This document shows, in pieces, positions 27,373-36,268 of a DNA stretch of 64,000 nt. Each line of letters begins with the position of its first letter. Positions within the stretch are counted from its first letter, which is position 1. The notes beneath the pieces were generated by a model. That model was not told where the DNA came from. It ran no database searches and worked only from the letters and a program-made list of their open reading frames with translations. The stretch is from a virus. The position numbers were made by a program, and so were the translations under genes. The DNA lies in the IMG/VR virus record IMGVR_UViG_3300009163_000019; one strand, written 5' to 3'.

Positions 27373-27795
27373 ATGACACAGATTATCAACACAACAAACA
27401 TTCAAGAAATTGACTTTATCACAGGTAGAACAGGAGAGTACAGAGCTATATCAAAGGTTAGAGCCGGGTTCATGGTAGTGGTTGAAGATCTAGGGATCCA
27501 AAATAAATGGTCTACAGGAGCCGAGTGGAAGAAGGCTATCGATGTTTTCAGAAGCTTTAAGAAAGGTGCACTCCAAACAATCCAATTCCGTGCAGAAGGT
27601 ACAGATCATTGGTTGACTGTATTCGCCAAAGCAGGTACTAAGATTAAGATCATGGATGCTCAGATGTTCAGAGATATGGAAGTTGGAGACATCAATCAAA
27701 ATTGGAGTAACACTAATCTCTGTGATCAGAAACAATATGCCATGGTAAATGCCAAGACTTGGGCAAGTAAAGCATTTGTTAAGAATGCTGCCTAA
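27373..27795 (+). CDS. Hypothetical early protein
   Basis: Directly after the promoter module. Confidence 0.55.
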   Translation: MTQIINTTNIQEIDFITGRTGEYRAISKVRAGFMVVVEDLGIQNKWSTGAEWKKAIDVFRSFKKGALQTIQFRAEGTDHWLTVFAKAGTKIKIMDAQMFRDMEVGDINQNWSNTNLCDQKQYAMVNAKTWASKAFVKNAA

Positions 27796-27862
27796 CTCTA
27801 AAGATAAATTTTTTACTCTCAAAATAAAGTCTTATATTACATTATAAATTAAAATAAAGGTT

Positions 27863-28666
27863 ATGTCAAAATTATCAATGTCAGCTATCAGTCCTATCAG
27901 TTTAGAAACAGCAAGAGAACAAGCACCAGCTATCTTCGCAACCTCACCGGCTCCTACAATCAAGAGTCCTAAGTATCAGTTCACACCTACCTTCGAGGTT
28001 ATTGACCACATGAAAAACATGGGGTACGAGTTAACAGCTGCTAAGCAGTCTAGATCTGGAGTAGACCTTCGTAAGAATTGGGGTATCCACATCACTGAGT
28101 TCCAACATCCTGATCTCTACATCAAGGATCCTCAAGGTGATATCGAGGCACGTCCAACAGTTGTACTAATCAACTCTCACGATGGTACACGCCCACTTCA
28201 ATTTGAGATGGGTCTCTTCCGTCTTGTATGTTCTAATGGTCTGATCATCAAAGACAAAGACTTGGGATCATTCCGTGAAAGGCACACTAAGTACAACTTC
28301 CAAGAGGTTAAGGACCTGATCGATTCAAAGGTGTCTGGACTTCAAGATGTTGTGGGTAAGATAAGCCAATGGAATATGGTAGAGATGACAGACAAACAAA
28401 GGTATCAGTTTGCTGTAGAAGCCTTGGCCTTAAGATTGAATACCGATCGTCAGCCTGAACAGTACGAGGTACTAGATATCCTTAACGCTAAACGTAAGGT
28501 AGATGCCCAACCTACACTATGGCACACCTACAATACCGTACAGGAGAACCTGATCAAAGGCGGCTTCCAATTGAACAACCGTCAGGCTAGGGCTATCAAA
28601 AACCCTGTAGAGGATCTAGTTCTTAACCAAGGCCTATGGCAGTTGGCTGATGCTTACGCTAACTAA
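27863..28666 (+). CDS. DUF932/DUF945 family protein
   Basis: APAIFA, Y.F.PT, LINSHDGT, GLFRLVCSNGL, LW..YN.VQENLIKGG, LN..LW. Confidence 0.88.
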   Translation: MSKLSMSAISPISLETAREQAPAIFATSPAPTIKSPKYQFTPTFEVIDHMKNMGYELTAAKQSRSGVDLRKNWGIHITEFQHPDLYIKDPQGDIEARPTVVLINSHDGTRPLQFEMGLFRLVCSNGLIIKDKDLGSFRERHTKYNFQEVKDLIDSKVSGLQDVVGKISQWNMVEMTDKQRYQFAVEALALRLNTDRQPEQYEVLDILNAKRKVDAQPTLWHTYNTVQENLIKGGFQLNNRQARAIKNPVEDLVLNQGLWQLADAYAN

Positions 28667-28673
28667 TCTGGTT

Positions 28674-28830
28674 AGAGTGGCGAGGTGCTAGTGCCTTACT
28701 AGTGCCTTGCTCTCGACCTTTAGCATCGAGCTAGCATGATGGCAAAGGGATAGTTCTTGTAGATAGGGGCTTGCTGGCAGGGGGCCCCGCGTTGACCCAT
28801 CCTGCACACCGGGGAAATTCCCAAAACCCC
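28674..28830 (+). other. GC-rich intergenic element with a G.U-containing hairpin (candidate structured RNA or terminus signal)
   Basis: 13-bp stem 28680-28692/28698-28710 in which all three non-Watson-Crick pairs are G.U. Confidence 0.4.
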
Positions 28831-28854
28831 ATAAAATATAAATATAAATTTACA

Positions 28855-29067
28855 ATGGATAATAATATAATAGACTCACTAAAGCGCTTAAGAGAAAACA
28901 CGACCTTCATAGAGTTTGATGATATCCTTAATAATATAAAAAGAGCAAATGATCTTGGTGATCTAGATCGATACCTAGATTCAGTAGAATTTCTAATAGA
29001 TGCTAAAAATTGTGATCTAGCCGAAGCCTTTGAAAAAGCAATTGTTGATCTCATTTCAGAACCGTAA
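28855..29067 (+). CDS. Hypothetical protein (start revised to ATG 28855)
   Basis: A-rich leader before MDNNII. Confidence 0.5.
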   Translation: MDNNIIDSLKRLRENTTFIEFDDILNNIKRANDLGDLDRYLDSVEFLIDAKNCDLAEAFEKAIVDLISEP

Positions 29068-29098
29068 GCGATTTTTAAATATATAAAAAATAAAAGTT

Positions 29099-29392
29099 AT
29101 GTCAAAGAAACTATTTGAAAAGGTCTATCCGTTTGGATTCGAAGTTAATAAGTTTGAAGGAGATCGGAACTACACTATTACCGGAAATCTTAGAAGAGAG
29201 TATTGCTTTAAGGAATACGGTAGTAACTATGATGTTGAGGAACATATACAGGAGCATATAAATTGTGAAGGGATCGGTTTTGATTCAGAGTTCAGCCAGT
29301 TTTTCGCTTATGCGGATACAGAAGAGAGAGCCATACAGTTTTGTGAAGATATCCAGGCTTGGTTTGGGAATATAAAAGAGTTAGTAGGTTAA
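29099..29392 (+). CDS. Hypothetical phage protein
   Basis: AAAATAAAAGTTATG leader; FDSE..QFFAY. Confidence 0.55.
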   Translation: MSKKLFEKVYPFGFEVNKFEGDRNYTITGNLRREYCFKEYGSNYDVEEHIQEHINCEGIGFDSEFSQFFAYADTEERAIQFCEDIQAWFGNIKELVG

Positions 29393-29421
29393 TAATTAAA
29401 TAAAAACAAAAACAGAATAAC

Positions 29422-29565
29422 ATGAGCGAATTCAGAGTCATTTCAACAGTCAGTCTTGAGAATTTTTCAGAAGTAGTAACAAAGTATCTACAACAGGGTT
29501 TTGAGCTTTGGGGAGATCCATTCTTTGCTAATGGTAATTTTTGCCAGGCTATAACTAAAAAGTAA
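29422..29565 (+). CDS. DUF1737-like small protein (47 aa, not in the ORF track)
   Basis: F...V..YL.QGFEL.GDP......FCQA. Confidence 0.6.
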   Translation: MSEFRVISTVSLENFSEVVTKYLQQGFELWGDPFFANGNFCQAITKK

Positions 29566-29568
29566 TAT

Positions 29569-29730
29569 ATGTCAAAATTACTTATAACAATCTTGGTTAT
29601 TTGCCTAATCAGTACGATTGCTATATTTGCCTTTGTTAGATCCGGTGAATGGTTAGTGGAAAAGTTCCCCCATTCCGGGTTTAGCAGATGGTGGAGAAGA
29701 AACGTAGTAGATAGAGATCCTTGGGAATAA
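29569..29730 (+). CDS. Small membrane protein (53 aa, not in the ORF track)
   Basis: N-terminal TM segment; FSRWWRRNV. Confidence 0.5.
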   Translation: MSKLLITILVICLISTIAIFAFVRSGEWLVEKFPHSGFSRWWRRNVVDRDPWE

Positions 29731-29753
29731 TAAAATAATAAAAAATAAAAGTT

Positions 29754-29996
29754 ATGGAAGTTTTAGAATTGATAAAGCAATTGAGTAAGGAAGAGATCCG
29801 TGAGTTATTAGGCTACCTAGAGCAACTCAATGAAGCAGGCCTTATAGAAGAATTTATCTACAAAGTGGATCCGGAAAGGGTAGCCGAGACTATGTATTAT
29901 GCCTATTATGATCTCATGATCGATTCCGAAACCGGGAAATGGAAGCCCGAATTCCAAAAGCTATTCCCAAGCCCGGGGAAAGATCCAATCTATTAA
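29754..29996 (+). CDS. Hypothetical protein
   Basis: AAAATAAAAGTTATG leader. Confidence 0.5.
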   Translation: MEVLELIKQLSKEEIRELLGYLEQLNEAGLIEEFIYKVDPERVAETMYYAYYDLMIDSETGKWKPEFQKLFPSPGKDPIY

Positions 29997-30094
29997 AAAG
30001 AATAAATATGAATTTATGGTTCAATTTGTGATCATTTGGTATCTAGTATTCGCAGGCACACTATTTGTACTAGAATGTTACCGATTCTTTAAAG

Positions 30095-30379
30095 ATGGCT
30101 ATAATGAAGAAAACTAAACACTATTTTTTAAAAAGCTTTAAATCCGAATTTATGAAAAAAGAGAAGATTGACTACACACCTCATTTCTTGACACATGTTC
30201 CAGGAGGCCGGAGGTTAGATATCGTATACCAATCAGGTAAAACCTTTAGACAGAATAACTGCCACTATCCAGAAAGGTACGTTAGGACTTTAATAGATAA
30301 ACCTGAATTGGAACCAGTTCGTGAGGCATACTATAATGGAAAACCTTTTTACTTCAATGGTAAATTCAATTTCTCATGA
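30095..30379 (+). CDS. Hypothetical protein (start possibly 30152)
   Basis: ORF track. Confidence 0.45.
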   Translation: MAIMKKTKHYFLKSFKSEFMKKEKIDYTPHFLTHVPGGRRLDIVYQSGKTFRQNNCHYPERYVRTLIDKPELEPVREAYYNGKPFYFNGKFNFS

Positions 30380-30548
30380 AGAGGCGAGATCGATTAAATA
30401 GGCTAGAGGATCTAGGGTTTTATATAGCCATGATGTTTACCTCTATAATAATAGGTTTCTTTATACTAGGTGCCATTGGAAAGATAGCCTCACTTTTTTG
30501 GTAATTGATAAATTTGTATATATGATATTTTAGGGCCCCTTCAAAAAC

Positions 30549-30845
30549 GTGCTTTTTATGACATTCATAATTGTTTTACTTGCTGCAAGTATTATTATTG
30601 GTATAGCTTATTGTCTTAGAAAATTTCTATGGTATATAACTTGGTTTCTATTTAGTCTAGCTATGCTAGGGCTTCCTGCCATGTTCATAGATCTTGAGAT
30701 TGGCTTATCAATGATAATCTATGGCTTAGTTATATTGCTAGGAACCTGGCTACTCATATACGCGTCTGCGGCTATTGTTGCCTTTGTTGCTATACCTATC
30801 GCTATTCTTGTAGCTTTTTTTAAAAGCATTTTTAAAATACGCTAA
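30549..30845 (+). CDS. Multi-TM hydrophobic membrane protein
   Basis: Almost entirely hydrophobic. Confidence 0.5.
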   Translation: MLFMTFIIVLLAASIIIGIAYCLRKFLWYITWFLFSLAMLGLPAMFIDLEIGLSMIIYGLVILLGTWLLIYASAAIVAFVAIPIAILVAFFKSIFKIR

Positions 30846-30871
30846 TATTTATTAATAATAAAAATAATATA

Positions 30872-31123
30872 ATGAGTAAGAAATTTAACTATGAAGTATA
30901 CCTGAGAAACAATCCTCTACTTTCAGAAGCTTCGGGAGAAGACGAAACAAGCTCCGAGTGGCAAGAGGGCAGGATGATGATGATAGGTGGAGATAAAATA
31001 GGCAGCGCAGTAGAAGATCTATTACAAAATAAGTACGCTCCTGAAGACATTTTAAAACTGTGTCAAAAGATCGTAGATCAAAAACAGAAGCGCATGCAAG
31101 ATTATCAAAACAAATTAAAGTAG
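30872..31123 (+). CDS. Putative late/internal virion protein
   Basis: ATATTTAT upstream; FNYEVYLRNNPLLSE leader resembles that of the next gene. Confidence 0.5.
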   Translation: MSKKFNYEVYLRNNPLLSEASGEDETSSEWQEGRMMMIGGDKIGSAVEDLLQNKYAPEDILKLCQKIVDQKQKRMQDYQNKLK

Positions 31124-31174
31124 AAAAATTCCGAGTTTTTTACTAAAAAGAATTGACTATATAAAAATAATATA

Positions 31175-32647
31175 ATGGCAGAAAATTTTGATATTGCAAA
31201 ATTCCTTAAAGAGAACGCTTTGGGTTCTTATGGAATCTTAGGTAATTATGTAGACCTTAAACCTCTTAAAGAAGATGATGGATCAGGTTTTTCTGGAAAG
31301 ATCAGTTTAGATTATTATGATCATCCAAGTATCACTAACTCATTTCAAAAAAGAGCAGTTAAAGCATTTCAGAAGTACATAGCATCTGAATTTAATGGCA
31401 CTGCTACTGTATTAAAAGATTCTTTTGATGAGATCATTTTCCAATTATCAGGTCTTCAAGGAGTTTCTTCTATCGAAGATGTTATAAGCGCATACAAAAA
31501 AATGAGAGCCGACGAAATGAATAAAGATTTTCTAGATTCAGGTGGTCCTTTTTCAATTCTAGCCTCTTGGATGGTATCTAAACCAGAAAAATATGTTACT
31601 GATGATTCTGATGATGATAAAGGTTGGGGTAATGATGACGATTCTGAGAACAAGAGTTCTTATGTCACTGATTGGTCTGACGACGAAAAAGGTTGGGGCG
31701 ATGATGAATTTATAGTAGAAAAAAAAAGTGAAAGCAAGGATAAAAAAGTAGATGTTTATAATGCTGATGAGATTATTTACATGGGAGAAGAACCACTAAT
31801 GGTGGATAAAAAAACTACTATCAAAAAAGGAGACGCCTTAGATTCAGATAAGTTAGTAGATGATGACACTAAATATAGAAGAGCCATACTCAGTGTCGAT
31901 GGTCCACAGTTTAAATACAAAAATCAAATGTATATTTTATATGATATAGATCCAGAAGATGATCGTTATGGTTTTGATGACGATGATGATTATGAATCAG
32001 GAGGAAGAAGCATTCATTTGACTAAATCATTAGATGAAAAGAAAGAAGACCTTGGTGGTTGGGATGGTAATAAAAAGTATAATCAATATAATGGTCAATA
32101 TGATGATGAATTTGGGCCTGCTATTGCCAACGAAAATGTAGAACAAGAAGGATTTGATCGTATGATGGGTCTTATAGATCAATCAGTTGTATCTAAACTT
32201 CCACTTCTAAAAAAGGCTGTAGATAAAGCTAGATCTAAAGGACTAAGTGATGATGCTATATTCAATATGCTATCTAGTAATTCTTTAGTTAGTAAATCAA
32301 TCGGTGATTTAATTGATGATGGATTTGATTCTCAAGATATTGTAGATTTTTTCGCTACTGATTTTAATATGATGGAAGAAGGCGAAGGTGAATATATAAG
32401 TGCAAAAAACTTTGATTATATGTCGGATGATCAATTAGATGCCGCCGAAGCATCAGGAGATCTTAAACCAAGTACAGATTCGATTGGTCCAAATGAAGAT
32501 GTGGATACAGATGTTGATAAAATGAAAGTGTGGGGAGTATATCATAGCATACTAGAATTTTTGAGAGATAAAATAAGTACTGATAAATTAAATCAGAGTG
32601 AGGTTGATCAATTAAGAACAAAGTTAGAAGACTTCTTTAAACGATAA
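31175..32647 (+). CDS. Large acidic putative internal virion protein
   Basis: FDIAKFLKEN leader, Asp-rich, internal YVTD.SDD.KGWG.D repeat. Confidence 0.55.
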   Translation: MAENFDIAKFLKENALGSYGILGNYVDLKPLKEDDGSGFSGKISLDYYDHPSITNSFQKRAVKAFQKYIASEFNGTATVLKDSFDEIIFQLSGLQGVSSIEDVISAYKKMRADEMNKDFLDSGGPFSILASWMVSKPEKYVTDDSDDDKGWGNDDDSENKSSYVTDWSDDEKGWGDDEFIVEKKSESKDKKVDVYNADEIIYMGEEPLMVDKKTTIKKGDALDSDKLVDDDTKYRRAILSVDGPQFKYKNQMYILYDIDPEDDRYGFDDDDDYESGGRSIHLTKSLDEKKEDLGGWDGNKKYNQYNGQYDDEFGPAIANENVEQEGFDRMMGLIDQSVVSKLPLLKKAVDKARSKGLSDDAIFNMLSSNSLVSKSIGDLIDDGFDSQDIVDFFATDFNMMEEGEGEYISAKNFDYMSDDQLDAAEASGDLKPSTDSIGPNEDVDTDVDKMKVWGVYHSILEFLRDKISTDKLNQSEVDQLRTKLEDFFKR

Positions 32648-32687
32648 GATATTTAAAAATACTAAAAACCCTTGCAACCCATATATT

Positions 32688-32713
32688 AAGGCCCTACTAG
32701 TTAGGGCTTTTTT
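32688..32713 (+). terminator. Intrinsic terminator at the strand convergence
   Basis: GCCCTA-CTAGT-TAGGGC-TTTTTT. Confidence 0.75.
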
Positions 32714-32726
32714 ATTATATGAGCAC

Positions 32727-32748
32727 AAAAAAGCCAGCAAAAGCTGGC
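32727..32748 (-). terminator. Intrinsic terminator of the minus-strand block
   Basis: GCCAGC-TTTT-GCTGGC-TTTTTT on the minus strand. Confidence 0.75.
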
Positions 32749-32782
32749 CTCTTATTAATATAAAATTAATAAAGAATTAAAA

Positions 32783-32950
32783 CTAAGCGGCTTTCTTTTT
32801 AGACGCTACTGACCATGCAGCTCCTGCAAGAGTCATTATGCCTCCTAGGATTTCTTGAAATAACGCATCGTCAACTAGGCCTTTTGCAACGATAATACCG
32901 CCAACAAAAGTTAATGCATGTCTAATTAGACCTAAAGTTTGATCTTTCAT
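32783..32950 (-). CDS. Pam3-gp28-like putative holin (55 aa, not in the ORF track)
   Basis: MKDQTLGLIRHALTFVGGIIVAKG..D...QEILGGIMTLAGAAWSVASKK; two TM segments; late-type motif upstream. Confidence 0.7.
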   Translation of the reverse strand: MKDQTLGLIRHALTFVGGIIVAKGLVDDALFQEILGGIMTLAGAAWSVASKKKAA

Positions 32951-33007
32951 ATTATTTTTTTTAGTTAAAAATATGTACCCTTGGTACTATAATAAATATC
33001 TTGATTT

Positions 33008-33460
33008 CTATTCTAAGTCTTTTCTATAGAATCTTCCTTGTATATTATCATTATATGAATCTATACGAAGCACATCTAATTTCATTTGCCAGTAAACTTC
33101 CCAATAAGTAAGTTGTTTTTTAGAAAAACAGAGTTGTAAGATCTCTCTAGTAAATATTTCATTACCTAATTCTTTTCTTTCTAAATTTAGAGTCTTATTA
33201 CTTCCATAATAACTTAGCCAATCGCTTTCTTTTACCACTTTCTTTTTACGTGGGACGCGCCCAGGTTTGATCCAGGCCTCGATTTCCTTTTTGGTTAGTA
33301 TTTTATTATTATTGTTATATAAGACCTTTCTACCTATGTAGAATCGATTTGTAATAATGTTTGTGACCTTATATATAAAACCGACTGTATTCTCTGGAAA
33401 GTCTTCTACTTTGGTAAACTCTCTGTAGCTTCCTAAATTATCATGATGTAACCACTTCAT
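33008..33460 (-). CDS. GIY-YIG nuclease, T4 endonuclease II (DenA)-like
   Basis: GFIYKVTN...FYIGRK...SDW.SYYGS...FTREIL...E...YNDNI. Confidence 0.8.
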   Translation of the reverse strand: MKWLHHDNLGSYREFTKVEDFPENTVGFIYKVTNIITNRFYIGRKVLYNNNNKILTKKEIEAWIKPGRVPRKKKVVKESDWLSYYGSNKTLNLERKELGNEIFTREILQLCFSKKQLTYWEVYWQMKLDVLRIDSYNDNIQGRFYRKDLE

Positions 33461-33469
33461 AAATCTTTA

Positions 33470-33772
33470 TTAACTATCCCATCTGATAACAAAAGTCATA
33501 TCTGTATTTTGTGGGATAGGATATGGCCTAGATAATTTTCCTACTATTAATAATTCATCTTGTGCATTATATAAGCCAACAGTAGTTGTATAAGGATGAA
33601 AATCAGATCCTGTTACTGCGTCTATATAAGATCCTGAGCTGCCTGCTTTATTTGCACTAGGATTTAAAGTATAGTTAAAATCATTTTCATTTATTTGGCA
33701 TCTTACTTCATTTTGATAAATGGTAGATTCAGCTACAAAAGATAGTGTATATGGTACTGGTGGGAATGGCAT
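33470..33772 (-). CDS. Baseplate/tail structural protein, stand-alone C-terminal domain
   Basis: FNYTLNPS...TTVGLYN..DELL.VGKLS.P...FVIRWD, paralogous to the C-terminus of 46704..47735. Confidence 0.7.
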   Translation of the reverse strand: MPFPPVPYTLSFVAESTIYQNEVRCQINENDFNYTLNPSANKAGSSGSYIDAVTGSDFHPYTTTVGLYNAQDELLIVGKLSRPYPIPQNTDMTFVIRWDS

Positions 33773-33786
33773 ACTGTATATAAATA

Positions 33787-36267
33787 TTAGTTTTCCCTTC
33801 TTTCTTCAGGAGTATAGTGGGCTATTCTATTATGATTTACAGGACTAGCTAATAAAACAGCAGGTTTTAAATTTTCTTTTTTAGTTTCTTGAAACATATA
33901 ACTCATCCAAGTCTGTTCATAAGGACGAGCCCATGTAGTATCTAAAAACATTTTTTGGTTTCCTTTCTTTCCTGCAATAGTTGGCCAGTTGCAATAGTAA
34001 ATATCCCCTGTAATATAACTAAGACCATCTACAACTTCTATTTTATCAAATTTAGTTTTAGGAGAATTTGGATCAAGACCTGTTGTTGGTAGTTCATTAT
34101 ATTCAGGCCAAAATTCATTTCTTATTTGTTGTGGAACATTATACCAAGATACTTGAATATTATTATCCATATAAACTTCTGTATACGATAATTTTAAAAA
34201 ATCAATATCAGAAGAATCTATAATTTTTAATACTTTATCATATAGATCTGAAATATATGTTCTGAAACCGTTTCTACAAATTCCATTAACAGGTTCGTGT
34301 ATTCCCATATCGTCTTCTAAAAAGATATAATAATCACTATCTGATTCTTGAAAGTGTTGTGCGGCTCTAAATCTACCTCCATTAATACCAGTATTTTCAT
34401 TTGTTATGATGTGTTCAAAATTATACTTTTTACAAATTTCTGCATTAGCTAATCTAGCTTCATCATTAGTAGAATTATCTATTAAAATATTTCTAGTATT
34501 TGTTATCCATTTAGGATGTTTAAGCCAGGTATTTATTGTATGTTCTACTTGATGAGGAAAATTAAATGTCAACATGTAAAGCGACATTTTTAATTTAGAA
34601 GGATCAGTATTTTTTTTAATAAACCGAATTTTTTCCTCTGGTACGGGTTCTAACTCTACAGTATCATTTAATAGAGCTTGTATAAATTTAACTATTAATC
34701 CATTATCATCTAATGCATATCTTCTATATGTTTGAGGTTCTAAGTAAGACATTACGGTAAACAGACTTTCTTCTGTACCCATATAGCCTTCACTAATAGA
34801 TCTATCTAATAAAGAATAGTACATCGCATTAGCCTCATTTATAACTTCTTTTCTACCTCCAAATAATCCGCCTCTACAGACATATTCTACTTTTTTAGCA
34901 GCATAACGATTAATTGCTTGAAAATCAAATCCATGAATTTCATCAGCAGCCTGATAAGGATAAGTTAAAAATAAAAATGAATCTAAATGTGGAATTATTT
35001 TATCTAATGCTCTATTATCTGAAAAAAACTTTTCATATACTGTATTAGTAATTCCTGCATCTAACCAAATAAAATATTTAGTATCAAATGGATTCCATAT
35101 AGTAACATCATTTAATAAAAACATTTTTGATTGTACTATAGGATTATACCATTCTAAAACAGCTTGAGGACTTTGCTTAAGCCAACCGCCTTCCCCGGTT
35201 TTATTATACCAATCTGGATTAGTTCTTATTGATTGGGTTTTATCCCAAAAAGGTGCATATATATTTTTTACATCTTCTAATTCATATATTTTTACAGTAG
35301 TATTTTTTTTGTCTCTAATTTCCCAAATTAAATGTTCATATTTACTTTCTATGTAAATAAACATATTAACAGGAATTTCTAAAAATTTTTTAAAATGCTC
35401 TATGTAATGATCAAAATCCCTAACAGGTCTTCCTATATTCCACAAACCCGTAACTACAGTTAAGTCTTTATTATTTACCTCTATTTTAGAACGATTTTCT
35501 GTTAAATATTTTAATAACTGCTGAGATTCTTCTGTAGATAGTGTTTTTGTTTTTTCTATAATATCTGATAATTTTGATTCTTTATTTTTATCGCTACCTT
35601 TAATTTCATCCCAAATATTTTTATCTACAGCATCAATATCTTGCCCAATTTCAATTACATAGCCATTATCAATTAATTTTTGTTTAGTTAATTCTTTTTC
35701 TTCATCTGTTAAATTTATATATTCTAAACGAATAAACTTAGGTTTATATTTATTAAAATCTAATTGTTTTAAAATATTCCAATCATATCCTTCAACATCA
35801 CATATTAAAATATCAAATTTTTCAATATTATGTTTATTCATTAAAGAGTTTAAAGTTAATGTAGGAACTTTTATATCTATTCCAAAATTCTTTTTTACAT
35901 CTATATCTCTTTGATAATCTGTTCCAAAACCGTTTTTTAGTGGATATAAAGCACTCATACCTTTATAACCCGGATGTAGATTTTCTTTTTCTATTGCTAT
36001 TTTTGGAATAGTTAACATTTCTACTTCGCCATCTATTTCTGTAATAGCACATTGTTCAAATGCATAATTTTCCCTATCTCTAAAGTTATATTTTAATTCA
36101 GTAAATATTTCTGGAATTGGTTCTACTAATAACGCAGGCCATCTATACATGTCTAGAAAACCTCTTGTATCATCAAAATTTATTCCATCCATGGCTCCTA
36201 TTTGAACTACAAATGTATCTTTATGATTTTTACCTATATGATGTAAAGTTTTTGATATTATATCCAT
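33787..36267 (-). CDS. Three-domain fusion: FkbM methyltransferase + HtrL/YibB (WlaTC)-like GT + GT-A domain
   Basis: VQIGAMDG/LVEP/DVEGYD; TVVTGLWNIGR...WLDAGI...GGLFGG...GTEE; LIDNS...NTGINGGR...FLEDD. Confidence 0.78.
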   Translation of the reverse strand: MDIISKTLHHIGKNHKDTFVVQIGAMDGINFDDTRGFLDMYRWPALLVEPIPEIFTELKYNFRDRENYAFEQCAITEIDGEVEMLTIPKIAIEKENLHPGYKGMSALYPLKNGFGTDYQRDIDVKKNFGIDIKVPTLTLNSLMNKHNIEKFDILICDVEGYDWNILKQLDFNKYKPKFIRLEYINLTDEEKELTKQKLIDNGYVIEIGQDIDAVDKNIWDEIKGSDKNKESKLSDIIEKTKTLSTEESQQLLKYLTENRSKIEVNNKDLTVVTGLWNIGRPVRDFDHYIEHFKKFLEIPVNMFIYIESKYEHLIWEIRDKKNTTVKIYELEDVKNIYAPFWDKTQSIRTNPDWYNKTGEGGWLKQSPQAVLEWYNPIVQSKMFLLNDVTIWNPFDTKYFIWLDAGITNTVYEKFFSDNRALDKIIPHLDSFLFLTYPYQAADEIHGFDFQAINRYAAKKVEYVCRGGLFGGRKEVINEANAMYYSLLDRSISEGYMGTEESLFTVMSYLEPQTYRRYALDDNGLIVKFIQALLNDTVELEPVPEEKIRFIKKNTDPSKLKMSLYMLTFNFPHQVEHTINTWLKHPKWITNTRNILIDNSTNDEARLANAEICKKYNFEHIITNENTGINGGRFRAAQHFQESDSDYYIFLEDDMGIHEPVNGICRNGFRTYISDLYDKVLKIIDSSDIDFLKLSYTEVYMDNNIQVSWYNVPQQIRNEFWPEYNELPTTGLDPNSPKTKFDKIEVVDGLSYITGDIYYCNWPTIAGKKGNQKMFLDTTWARPYEQTWMSYMFQETKKENLKPAVLLASPVNHNRIAHYTPEERREN

Positions 36268-36268
36268 A

